From Giardia intestinalis (Eukaryota): a stretch of DNA of 64,000 nucleotides. The translations under genes and the position numbers were made by a program. The notes beneath the pieces are model-generated. The model was given only the letters and a program-made list of their open reading frames with translations, did not search any database and was not told the DNA's origin. The DNA is taken from assembly GCA_000002435.2 (NCBI GenBank), contig CM018793.1; one strand, 5' to 3'. Below, in pieces: positions 20,115 to 30,500 of the stretch. Each line of letters opens with the position of its first letter. Position 1 is the first letter of the stretch.

Positions 20115-22823
20115 ATGAACTTGAGTAAGGTATGGTCTCCGTACGATGCCAAGCAACTGGGTGAGGAAGTTGGCTGTCCTCCAAAGCAACTGCTTCCAAC
20201 TGGAGAAGACCCCCTTAAAACCTCTATCGATAGCCTGATATTTCCCGTTGTTTATACTCCCATCTCCTCAGTCAAGCCACAGCCTGGTTCGACCATCCAG
20301 AGCCAGGGTGTGGAGGCCATTTACTCTCTTTTGTCTATCGTTGATGATTTGGCTGAATCCCTTGTAGGAAGAGACAAGTGGCAACTTATCTATGAAGATG
20401 AACAAGGAAAACTTAGCGCTAACACTCAAGTGCCCAATAAAACGCTGCCGATACTGGTGCCAGCATCGAGGATAACGAACAAAGAGCTTAGCACCGGTGT
20501 AGCCACATTCTTTCGTCAGGTAGATGCAGTAACCAATACCATAAGTCGAACACAGCTCAACTTACAGCAAACTACACCTATTGACCATGGGGTAGAGAAG
20601 GAAGCAGAATACAAAAGATTCGCCACTAATTCGGGGGCAGACTTCTTAAGCACTTTCTTACGCTTGGCGCTCCAGACTATCGACAGTCTGCCCTGGTTTC
20701 AGGCGGGTTCTTCAGAGGATCCTTGCTGTGTGCTTTGTATTTCAGATGACCAGTTGGTATACGACAAGTCCCAGGACATCTATAAGCTCACTGTCCGTGA
20801 TGCTGCTGCCCTTAACAGCCTCCTGATACCTGGCGACATCGTCAGCATACAGGGACAGTATTATGTGCTATCACTTTCTCCCCGCGCTCACGGGCTGTTT
20901 GAGCATGTTACGGAACAAGTATTTACGGTTACGCCCTGTCTGATTGCTAATTTCAATAGTGTGTACGCAGGTGCATCGATGAAACTCGAAAGACAGATGC
21001 GGGGGTCCCGGTGGAGAAATGAGCCCCTGTTTAAAGAGTTAGATACTTGCCCCACATTCTGTTGTTTCACACAATGCATATCTATGTGGTCTGCCGTAAG
21101 CCTCAAACAGGACTTCTGTGTTATTGCGGCCTTCTTCAAAGGACACCCATACGAATTGGGGCACTTTCCTCTGACTGCTTTGCAGATAGTTAAGTACTTG
21201 GCCTTCTATGATCCCAAGGATGCTGTTCTTCGCTTCTTTATTCTTGACAACTCGTGCGGAGCGCCATCTGGGATAGGAGTCAAAAGCGTGACTTTAGAGA
21301 AACAAAGTGAGGTTATCAGGGAGCTCACAGATAGCAGGAGTGATATCGATACTGCAGGTGTCGACGGCTCAGCTTCTAGTGGCATAGAGGTATCTACTCC
21401 TTCCTCGATAACGTCAGATTACGTACTAGAGGCAGATTTGGGGTGTTGTGGGCGCGAAGCCGATGAGTTCTTCTCTAAGTACGACATCGATGATTATGGA
21501 TTTCTGAAAGACCCTGGATTATTTCCCCCCACCTGCTCCCTCAATTCCCTTGAATTACTTGAGGTTCTGAAGTCGAGCCAGGACCCCACCGATTCACTCA
21601 GTCCTGCTACCTCGCAACAAACGTTCCTTTCAAACTTTCACGCTGCCATCCAATCGATTAGCTATGGCGTCTCGCTGATGTATGAAGTCCCTATGGCTAT
21701 TTCTAGAGAGTACTTTGCTTGGGTAGACGTTGTAAGCGAGTCCTCAACCGAATTGCTTTACCTATATGATCGATCTACCACTACTACCATAACTCTCAAG
21801 CGACCACTTCTTGTCCTTAATTTGCGCAAGCTCCTTTCTCACTATCTCAAGAAAAATAACGGAAAAGTTGAAGAGCATTTGAATGGGATCAGTTGCATGC
21901 CTGCTGTGCAAAGTATTTACGCTCTGGGTTTGGCCTATAACCACGTTCTTCTAATTATGATACCATACATGTCTGGCTCCTTCTTCTTTTGTTCATTTAG
22001 GAAGGACGAAGTGCCCTCTTCTGCAGATATATGTATTGTTGCGCAAAAGAGCGTTATTGATGTTGTTAATATTGATTTGCTTCAAACTCACGGATTGATC
22101 TTCGTATCAACGCGGACATTTGCATCTGATCCCCACAGCAAAACTAAATCGAGCACACATCTGCATATTTTCACCATGGTCTATAACTACAAAGAGACAG
22201 ATCAGATAGATTTCTCCACACGAGACGGCACGCTCAGAGAAATCAGATTTACTGTACTTTTTAGACCTGTTCACACGCTTTTCCTTATGGATGCTGGATA
22301 CCCCGCTAAGGGCATTGTGCTCTTGAACTCAATGCGCTTGGCCATCCACTTTGAGAGCTTATCATACTTTTATATGATAGACTGCGAGTTTTTACAAGGC
22401 CACAAAAGCCGAGACTCCAACGATACCTCATGCTGCATCTCAGCCACACCTATCTACACTGCATGTCGGTCAATAACCACCCTCTTGTATGCTCATGATG
22501 GAGAGCATATAGTATTATTCGAGCACGGAGAAAACCAAGCATTGGTATACTCGCTAATTAATCTAAAGGAGCTAAAGTATTCCATTGTCCTTCCAGGAGG
22601 AGACAGAATAAACCATGCGGCACCAGGCGGAGACAGTGGCTTACTTGCACTTTCCGGAGACCACACAATCTCAATTTATCAGCTAGGCGCTTCGGAGATC
22701 TTTCTGAAACACTATGTGACACGGGGAAAAGCCATAGGCATAGCGTGGTCTACACCAACCAGTTTACTGGTCGCAACAGAACAGGCTCTTTATACAATCA
22801 CACTGCGTGCAGAAGGTGCTTAG
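20115..22823 (+). CDS. Hypothetical protein (902 aa), possible C-terminal beta-propeller-like region
   Basis: First ATG at 20115 (the track start at 20100 is TTG). It is a long uninterrupted ORF with protein-like composition; no confident domain assignment. Confidence 0.6.
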   Translation: MNLSKVWSPYDAKQLGEEVGCPPKQLLPTGEDPLKTSIDSLIFPVVYTPISSVKPQPGSTIQSQGVEAIYSLLSIVDDLAESLVGRDKWQLIYEDEQGKLSANTQVPNKTLPILVPASRITNKELSTGVATFFRQVDAVTNTISRTQLNLQQTTPIDHGVEKEAEYKRFATNSGADFLSTFLRLALQTIDSLPWFQAGSSEDPCCVLCISDDQLVYDKSQDIYKLTVRDAAALNSLLIPGDIVSIQGQYYVLSLSPRAHGLFEHVTEQVFTVTPCLIANFNSVYAGASMKLERQMRGSRWRNEPLFKELDTCPTFCCFTQCISMWSAVSLKQDFCVIAAFFKGHPYELGHFPLTALQIVKYLAFYDPKDAVLRFFILDNSCGAPSGIGVKSVTLEKQSEVIRELTDSRSDIDTAGVDGSASSGIEVSTPSSITSDYVLEADLGCCGREADEFFSKYDIDDYGFLKDPGLFPPTCSLNSLELLEVLKSSQDPTDSLSPATSQQTFLSNFHAAIQSISYGVSLMYEVPMAISREYFAWVDVVSESSTELLYLYDRSTTTTITLKRPLLVLNLRKLLSHYLKKNNGKVEEHLNGISCMPAVQSIYALGLAYNHVLLIMIPYMSGSFFFCSFRKDEVPSSADICIVAQKSVIDVVNIDLLQTHGLIFVSTRTFASDPHSKTKSSTHLHIFTMVYNYKETDQIDFSTRDGTLREIRFTVLFRPVHTLFLMDAGYPAKGIVLLNSMRLAIHFESLSYFYMIDCEFLQGHKSRDSNDTSCCISATPIYTACRSITTLLYAHDGEHIVLFEHGENQALVYSLINLKELKYSIVLPGGDRINHAAPGGDSGLLALSGDHTISIYQLGASEIFLKHYVTRGKAIGIAWSTPTSLLVATEQALYTITLRAEGA

Positions 22824-22834
22824 TATAGTAATTA

Positions 22835-23578
22835 TTATCTGTAGTAGGGCGGCTGTATCTTGGAGGCAGTAGAGTTGCGTAGATAGTAGCGACATCCACC
22901 TACATCTAGAAATGCAGCGCATGTGGTCTTTTTGACGCAGGTGCTGCAGTGATTTAGTCCGCACGCATAGTACCCTGTATGGTTAACAACATAGTCTTCT
23001 CCTCCACAATTGATAGTAGGATTACACTGCAAATCAACATAATCTACCACCGCGAGATCCAAGTGGCTAAAGCTGTATTGCAGTCTGTTGCATCGTGCTG
23101 TAAAAAGCTTAAGGCCAAGTTGCTGGGAGTCTCCCAAACACGGGGGAACATCCCCTATGAGCGAATTATTGTCCAAGTGTAGGCTATGGAGTTTAGACAG
23201 TGCACATATGCATTCTGGGATGTTTCCATCAAGACTAGTATCTGTCATGTCCAGAACTCGCAGGTAAGAAAGACCCCCGAGCAGACAAAGGTCGGAGTCT
23301 TTGAGATTATTGCCAGATAGATATAAGCTGGATAGGTATGTGAGGTTTGTTAGGTCAGAAAGTTGACCATTGAGCCCCATGTGCTGCACATTTAGTGACA
23401 CCACATTATCATTGTCGTCACAGCTGACTCCGATCCAGTCGCAGTAAACATCCGACTGTAGCCAATTGTTTGGCATCCAATTTGCCCCGTCTGTGCTGTC
23501 ATAAAACTGAACGAGTGCATCATATTGCATGTCTACTAAACCATATCCAACCTCAAGGAGAAGAAGCAGAGAAAACAT
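22835..23578 (-). CDS. Secreted leucine-rich repeat protein with plant-type LRR N-terminal cap and Cys-rich C-terminal cap
   Basis: ATG verified. Signal peptide MFSLLLLLEVGYG. The LRRNT-like motif ALVQFYDSTDGANWMPNNWLQSDVYCDWIGVSCD is followed by ~5 LRRs (LxxLxxLxLxxNxLxGxIPxxL type, e.g. LSSLYLSGNNL, LRVLDMTDTSLDGNIPECI, LHSLHLDNNSLIGDVPPCL), then a Cys-rich tail. Confidence 0.8.
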   Translation of the reverse strand: MFSLLLLLEVGYGLVDMQYDALVQFYDSTDGANWMPNNWLQSDVYCDWIGVSCDDNDNVVSLNVQHMGLNGQLSDLTNLTYLSSLYLSGNNLKDSDLCLLGGLSYLRVLDMTDTSLDGNIPECICALSKLHSLHLDNNSLIGDVPPCLGDSQQLGLKLFTARCNRLQYSFSHLDLAVVDYVDLQCNPTINCGGEDYVVNHTGYYACGLNHCSTCVKKTTCAAFLDVGGCRYYLRNSTASKIQPPYYR

Positions 23579-23590
23579 ATCAGTAGTAAC

Positions 23591-24805
23591 TTATTTTTTG
23601 GGAAAGACAACTGTAGAGCTAAGTAACTCAAAGTCTACAGGACGGAACGATGCAGTGATACCATCAAAATTATTTTTCTTTGATGAAATGGTCTTTAACA
23701 GCCCTATAGCCGCCGGAGTGGTATGCATGTCTATTTGCAGGTAGTATTCTCCTATCTCCCCCAGACCCTCCCGAACTGATTTGACTGCCTCCTTCTTCGT
23801 GATGAGACCTGTTCCAAAGAAATTAATTCCGTGATACTGGTCGGGAATGTTGCTAACAAGAACACACTTCGTGTCTCTCTTCTCCTGTGTCCTCTCCTGC
23901 GATGGTTGAAATTGAGTAGATGAAGGATCGTTTGCCATAATTTTTGGTTTAGGAGAGGACTCCAAGCCTAGCTTTGCAGCTTGAACATACTCACGGAGAG
24001 ATGCAGAGTCTCGTAAAGTGCCGTCCTGCACAAGCATAGAGGTCAGAGCGGCATCAGCGTCAGGAGGCGGGTCACTCTTGGCTTGCTGGTCCATTTGCAA
24101 GCGGTTTACAAAAGTGACCATCTCGATGCCCTTAAACTTACTATTATCTGATGCACTGTCTTTGTAGTATCTAATGCACATAATGACTGCCAGAGCCTGC
24201 GAAAAGTAAATCTCGGCCTTGTTGAAGTCTTGGTCTGTGGAAATGCGGACCAGGTCTCCGAATCGATTGAATTCTTGGCTTATTTCGTAGACATTATTTA
24301 GCGTCCGAGGGATATTAGCAAGTTTGAGGATTGGGAGCAGCCCCTTCTGAAAGAAGTGAACAGGCCCCAGCGGGATTTCGAAGGGCAGCCTATCCTTTGG
24401 GTCGGGGAAACGACAAACTCGGCGGGGCCGCTCATACTTTGTAGATATCTCATTCTCCATTTCGATAATCTCTGCGAAATTATCTGGGAAAGTTCCGCTC
24501 TGCTTGTGCTTGTCATAGATGTTCCGCAGATAGAAGATTTCTTTAGCAAAGCTCTCGGATTTCGCAGAATTAGTATTAAGGTACTGTGTGACGAAGTTCT
24601 TGTAAAAAATTACGTCATTAGGCACGGTCTTGCGCATGAGCAATGACACAAAAAAGCAGGCAGCGTCATAGGAAATAACTATATGGAGGGTCCTATAGAT
24701 GAAGGAGATGGTTTGGAGGCGTAGCCACATGCGCAGCTTAACCGGGTGATCTGCAGGGATGTCCGTCGTGGCCACCACTTCCATCTTGATCGGCGCGGCG
24801 GACAT
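23591..24805 (-). CDS. Hypothetical protein (404 aa)
   Basis: ATG at 24805 (the track start at 24808 is TTG). AT-rich upstream (aaaaaacattttaattgATG). No confident domain; a faint Bro1-like resemblance was not trusted. Confidence 0.55.
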   Translation of the reverse strand: MSAAPIKMEVVATTDIPADHPVKLRMWLRLQTISFIYRTLHIVISYDAACFFVSLLMRKTVPNDVIFYKNFVTQYLNTNSAKSESFAKEIFYLRNIYDKHKQSGTFPDNFAEIIEMENEISTKYERPRRVCRFPDPKDRLPFEIPLGPVHFFQKGLLPILKLANIPRTLNNVYEISQEFNRFGDLVRISTDQDFNKAEIYFSQALAVIMCIRYYKDSASDNSKFKGIEMVTFVNRLQMDQQAKSDPPPDADAALTSMLVQDGTLRDSASLREYVQAAKLGLESSPKPKIMANDPSSTQFQPSQERTQEKRDTKCVLVSNIPDQYHGINFFGTGLITKKEAVKSVREGLGEIGEYYLQIDMHTTPAAIGLLKTISSKKNNFDGITASFRPVDFELLSSTVVFPKK

Positions 24806-24973
24806 CAATTAAAATGTTTTTTGATCGATCTTTCCTATCTTTTGGAACTTAAGTAAGACCTCACTGCGATAAACTGACTAATTCAGCAAGCTTTTAATGG
24901 ACATCCTTTATGTCATGTGCAGTATGTTCTTTTATGTCCCATAAAGACTTTACCTAAAAAGTGAACCTTCCTT

Positions 24974-25837
24974 ATGCGGCTCTTTGTCCTTACAGGTGCC
25001 ATCGGCTGTGGGAAGAGCACCTTTGCATCATTCCTTAATAAGAACGGGGTTGCAATTATCGATACAGATGTGCTATCTCATCAAGTTGTCGAGCCGGGGA
25101 TGCCGGGGCATGCAGCTATTCTGGCTCAGTTTGGCCCATCCTTCTTTTCTGAGAATGTCCTGGACAGGAAAAAGCTTGCAGATCACGTATTTTCTGATGC
25201 TACTGGTGACCTGAGACGTAAGCTGGAGCAATGCACGCATCCCTACATCAACTCCATGGTCAGTCAGCAGCTCAGGCGTATATTTTTGAGACAGAAGCAA
25301 ACAAAAGGAGTCCCTACTGATTGCGTGGTGCATGCCTCACCAAAGGCTGTCTGTGTAGTCATTCCACTCTACTTTGAGGTAGGTCTAGATAAGCGTGGTC
25401 TTCTATCAGCAGCCCCCGTGGTTGCCTGTGTATTGAAAAGTGTGGATGTGCAGATCGCTCGCCTCAAGAGTCGGAGCTGCCTTTCTCTAGACGAGCAGGA
25501 GGCTCTTGCTCGCATTTCTCACCAAATGTCCATGGAAGAAAAGGCTAGCAGGGCATCGTATGTTGTTGAAAATGACGGACCAATAGAAGAACTAGAAGAG
25601 CATGCTGGTTACTTTGTTACCAGCGTCATGCCAAAGCTAAAAAGTAGGCGCATCGCTTTACCAACCATTATACACCGTTATTTCGAGGAGGGATTCTGGA
25701 ATCTAGTGCTGGAGGTAGTTCTCCTACTCATTATTATTGCAAGGCTGGTATACAAAGCTAGATATGGAGGAAAAAGCCCCCTCATGTACGTCCTCGATAA
25801 AATAAGAAAACCGTCAGATGGCGACAAACGTGAGTAA
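24974..25837 (+). CDS. coaE: Dephospho-CoA kinase (CoaE/DPCK) with unusual C-terminal hydrophobic extension
   Basis: ATG verified. P-loop LTGAIGCGKST, then VIDTDVLSHQVVEPG...ILAQFG...VLDRKKLADHVFSD and CTHPYI, as in CoaE. The extra ~80 aa includes a predicted TM helix WNLVLEVVLLLIIIARLVY. Confidence 0.85.
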   Translation: MRLFVLTGAIGCGKSTFASFLNKNGVAIIDTDVLSHQVVEPGMPGHAAILAQFGPSFFSENVLDRKKLADHVFSDATGDLRRKLEQCTHPYINSMVSQQLRRIFLRQKQTKGVPTDCVVHASPKAVCVVIPLYFEVGLDKRGLLSAAPVVACVLKSVDVQIARLKSRSCLSLDEQEALARISHQMSMEEKASRASYVVENDGPIEELEEHAGYFVTSVMPKLKSRRIALPTIIHRYFEEGFWNLVLEVVLLLIIIARLVYKARYGGKSPLMYVLDKIRKPSDGDKRE

Positions 25838-26141
25838 CTCCCAGCCAACTCTGGCATTCCCCAGTGTTGATAGTAAACTATCCGCTCTGGAAAATGTCAT
25901 AACGCCTGGGAGATTCTTAGCGGAAAACATTGGAAAAGAAGTCGTCGTCAGGCTTAAAGACGGCCGGGAATATACCGGGACGCTCATATCGTATGACAGC
26001 TATTACAATTTGAGGCTCAAAAACTGCATAGAGAAGTCCAGAGAGGGCAAGTGCGCTTTGTCGTCGTTAAAGGACATGTTTATACGGTGCACCAGCGTGC
26101 ACCTGGTTTATACAACCTCTCCAAGGACGAATAGTGTGTAG
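25818..26141 (+). CDS. Sm-like (LSm) protein
   Basis: ATG verified. Sm1/Sm2 pattern: IGKEVVVRLKDGREYTGTLISYDSYYNLRLKNCIE. It overlaps the 3' end of the DPCK ORF by 20 nt. Confidence 0.7.
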   Translation: MATNVSNSQPTLAFPSVDSKLSALENVITPGRFLAENIGKEVVVRLKDGREYTGTLISYDSYYNLRLKNCIEKSREGKCALSSLKDMFIRCTSVHLVYTTSPRTNSV

Positions 26142-26223
26142 AAATGCCGGTACACTTGCTTATAGGTGCTCTGTGCAATGCAATTTCAGCCCATGCATCA
26201 CAGGCAGGTCACATCCAAAAAAG

Positions 26224-27432
26224 ATGTTCAATGGCGGCCTCACCAATGATTTTCTAACTCACATTACAATCTATTGCCCGCTAACCGATACGCGGCCATT
26301 TCGATACAAGGAATCTACATCGTATGACATCCGCCTTTTCGAAGAGGACTTTGTAACCCTTCAGGGATTTAAGAATGCAATTAAAGAACGCACACGCGCT
26401 GGCTTCCTCAAGTCGCAGTTTTTTCGTGTGACATTTGACAGGAACATTACAGATGACACCCATACCTTCATTAGTGACGATGACGACATCCTGCAGGCCT
26501 TTGATTCCAATCGTGAGCTTCCGTGGCAGTTGATCATAGTTCGATATACAAAAGTGCAAGCCAGCAGACTCCGTGATAAGCTCAAGTGTGGCGAGCAGAC
26601 CGAGCTAGATCTCCTTACAAGACAAAAGCGTCGCTACACCCGGTCCTTGGCTCCAAGGGATGCCGGGCAAGACATGAATGTTTCCACGGCATCTGTCGCT
26701 ACAGGCGACATATATGGGCACACTGACTACGTAACGGATGCCGTGGGCGCTTCCGTTACTTCCGAGCTACTACTGTCACAGAGCTTAGATTGCAGTGCAG
26801 ACATGCGTGGACACCAACCCTCCTTTATGCATTCAAATGCTCATATGCTTGAATACGGGGCTGGGTTTAGCAATCTTCCAAGGTCCTCTGGTCTGACTTC
26901 TTCCCAAGATCCCACTTTCACTCATCGATCCTCGGAGGATGGTTGTCTTTTAGCTACCGACTCAATGATTCATGAACAAGACCGTGATATCATGACCTGG
27001 AGCACCAAGAGTCCGTCCACTGGCCCACTTACCATAAACGAGGCAGTCACTAGGATCTGTGATGAAACTCCACTTGGGCGGCTCTTTAGCAACCGCGCCC
27101 TGAAGATCTGGGCATTAGAAATCATTCTAGAAAGGCACAACTCCTTTTCCATTCCCCCCTCGTTCTTTCCTATCCCTGATATGTACCTCAGGCATTGCTG
27201 GCGTAGCGTGGCAGTCCCCATAGAGCTTCAGCCCATTTCTATGCTTTATGCCAAGTATCTCGCTGACAAGACATTAGAGCACGCCATTGCCTCCGCAGAA
27301 GATGGCACAGACGATGACGTTAGTACCTATAGCGCGGAGGAAGGAAATGGCAATACTGACACTAATAAGTGTAGCCACGAAGGCAGGATCGATAATTTAT
27401 CTGACGACGACGAGCAGATTAACCTGATCTAG
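26224..27432 (+). CDS. Hypothetical protein with N-terminal PB1-like ubiquitin-fold module
   Basis: ATG at 26224 (aaaaaagATGttc), whereas the track start at 26134 is GTG. The N-terminus FKNAIKERTRAGF...FRVTFDRNITDDTHTFISDDDDILQAFDSNRELPWQLIIV fits the PB1 acidic/OPCA-like pattern. The remainder is S/T-rich low complexity. Confidence 0.5.
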   Translation: MFNGGLTNDFLTHITIYCPLTDTRPFRYKESTSYDIRLFEEDFVTLQGFKNAIKERTRAGFLKSQFFRVTFDRNITDDTHTFISDDDDILQAFDSNRELPWQLIIVRYTKVQASRLRDKLKCGEQTELDLLTRQKRRYTRSLAPRDAGQDMNVSTASVATGDIYGHTDYVTDAVGASVTSELLLSQSLDCSADMRGHQPSFMHSNAHMLEYGAGFSNLPRSSGLTSSQDPTFTHRSSEDGCLLATDSMIHEQDRDIMTWSTKSPSTGPLTINEAVTRICDETPLGRLFSNRALKIWALEIILERHNSFSIPPSFFPIPDMYLRHCWRSVAVPIELQPISMLYAKYLADKTLEHAIASAEDGTDDDVSTYSAEEGNGNTDTNKCSHEGRIDNLSDDDEQINLI

Positions 27433-27547
27433 AAGATACATTTTTTCTGAGTACCTATGGATTACTCTCTTCCCTGCGCCGGGACCAACGCAGGATATTC
27501 GGACTGCAGAAAAAAATATTCCGCCCTCAGTCGAGTGAACCAACTAC

Positions 27548-30500
27548 ATGTCTGAATTGGAGGCGTTAGCAGCAGGGTATTTTGCGACCAGCAGCGCTGA
27601 TAGGATGGCTGCTAGTCTCAAGTTCGATCAGTTTTTAGAAGAGGATCCTCAATCCATCTTTAACTTGGCCCAGGTTACCTTTACCGATTCCCAGCAGTCC
27701 CAGGCAATAATATTAGCAGCCCTCCTGATTAAGCGGTACCTTTCGTCCAAATACTTTGATCTCGCTAAGGCTAGCATTCTTGCTGGTCACACACCCCTAT
27801 CTTTAGAGTCATATGGCATGTACTCCAATCAGCCAAGGTTCGGTTCCTTGTCTTGTGAAGATATTGTTTCTATGGTCCAAGTCTTGCTTAGCATTTACCA
27901 AAACGCAGTCTACCAGTGCGACCATATTCGGATGAATCTGTCCATAGACACTGCCCTCCTCATAATGGATGCAACTAGGGACTTCATTTCTTATGCACTT
28001 GTTCTTCAGAAGTATTATCAGAGCTCTATTTCCCAGACCAGCTTTTCCGGGTTATCTATTTTGTTCAATCACCAGAACATTTTCCGCATATCAACCCGTG
28101 ATGACGTATATTTGTGTGCGGAGCAATGCGTTCTCTTTTTGCGAAATCAAGCCATCTCCTCTTCCTTTGGATCTGCTACATCTGCTCAAAGTGACTTCAT
28201 GAGCTGGGTTCAAACGAGAACAGACTGCAGTACTGCACTATTCAATGCCGTCACACGGTATTCTGGCGTTGACTTTTCAAAAACAACTAGCGTGATAAAT
28301 GTTACGTCTTATAATCCCTATCGGAAACTCTTTTATGCTTACTGTGCTCCTACAACGCAAGGCCCCAGCATGACAAAAGCACCGTATGACTTCTCGTTTG
28401 TAGAACGCTTGTATGAGGCGCTTGCTTATATGCTTTCTCTTACTGACACTACTGCAACAGGCTACTCTGGACCCATGCTGGACAAGCTTGTTGAAGGAAT
28501 ACTATCCACTCTGAATCTTCTTTATGTCGTAATCTCTATGGAAGAGATCTATGATATCCAAGAAAGCAATGAAAGAGGGCTTATGGAGATTCATATGGGA
28601 CGGATCACAGATATCCTTACCTCCCAATTCTTTTATCCCTTTATTTCTACCTTCTCCAACACAGCATCCTTCTTTGCAAAGGTCCTCTTCGCACTACGGA
28701 GGTCCTCTCGTCCAATCGCCTTCTTCTCCATGGAACCTATATTTTATAGGTATATTGAAGCAGCTCGCAGATTGACTCTCTTTCTTCATGGATACGAAGA
28801 TATAATATCTTACCCAGAAGCGTCTTCTATGTTAAAGTGGGATGCCCTTCAAGGTATGCTGTTAGACACAGGACAGTTGCAGCTATCTCTCTCCGCTGAC
28901 TATGTGGAGGCAGGAGGCATTATGATGAAGTTGTGGCATAAGTTTGGGCTTAATCTTTCGTATCTTAGTCCAGCCTCGGACAAGGTCAGAGACATTGTTA
29001 AATATACACAAGAACTATGCACAGAGATGTTTTATGCATACTTGCTTGCTTTTCTCTATCAGTGCAGTAACTTTTACAACGAAGAGTCATCCCACATGGA
29101 ACAGCTTGTTCGAAACCTGAACGAAGCATACTCTAAGGTCGATACAGAAACAAGGGCAAAAGCAGTATATCAGCCAGGTGCAGATAAGGATCTAGACAGG
29201 GTGGAAACCCCAAAGAATGCTGATAGTGAGTATTGCGAAGCAGGTCAGCCATCCAGCACGCTAGCAGATTCGTACTTGGGCAGATTTAGATCCTTCATTT
29301 CGGCAATTGCTGGGAACGCATCGTTCGATTTGCTCGACTTTAGTGTTCACACTAAGAACATGACGTCAACGTATGAGATATCGGTAGCAGCTATTGATTC
29401 AGATATGTGTGACACGTTTCTTAATACGTCGCATCCACTTTTGCTGCTGAGGATTCGGGGGCTTATCTATGCGTTTTCTCAAGCACTTACTAAAATCCAG
29501 GAAAACATAAATCAGGGATGTTTCACACCAGCCGATATTACTACTCTACAAGCGTCCGAATCCTGCTTTTCTGTATCTGCTTCCTACTTCCTATTTTTCT
29601 TTAAGGTTCTTAGGGCGTCTTCTTTAGATGATAAGGATTTTGTTGTGACACTTGCTCAGACATCTGTCGCACTCTTTCAGTTTATAGGCTCTTGGCTTCA
29701 GTTCAACTTTTCCCTTTATGGGCAAGACAGCCCTGTTACACCATACCTAATTAATAGGCCATCATATCACCTTTTTTCTGTCATGGCAGTGGAGTTCATT
29801 GACTCCATGGTGGACATCACATCTCGCTCCACCAACAGAGTTGTGTTTAGAGATGTAGCCGCTGCTCTTATGAATCAGGGCACTCTGCGCATGTCCTCAT
29901 CATATGCCCTAGCGACAAGTTTGACTGAAGCATCGGTCACCGAAGATCCTCTGAGTCTTTCTCCAAGCGACTTTATTGCGCCCTTTCTGTTTGATCTACA
30001 ATTCCAACTCAATCTTTTGTACAGCTCCATAATAGTTTCTAGCCAAATGCATGTCCAGCTGGAGCAGGCCAGGGAACAAGCTAGACCGGGACAATCACCC
30101 AATAAGCTTACCGAGATATTGGGCATCGTGTTTTATCTGGACCAAGATCAGCCGTATTACATTATAGCGTCAACCTTAATTAGAACAAAGTTTTCCAGAA
30201 TAAGTGAGCATTATTGCACTTCTCAGCTATTTCAGCAGCTTGTCAAAGGTAACCTAGCGCAATCGTCTTTTAATTTAGCCCCTCTCATTTACAGCCTCTT
30301 TATCGGCATACATAACATAGCCCGCAATTACACTACAATCCGCATGTACTACAATGCGCTTATGTCAATGATCTTGCGCGATCCTATTAACAAAACAGGA
30401 CAGACAGCTCTCCTCATTGTCACCCTCTGTAACCTAGTCAACCTGATGGGTGCACCCTCCAGTCCGTGTGAGCTGATCAACTTTCACATCAATGTTTTAC

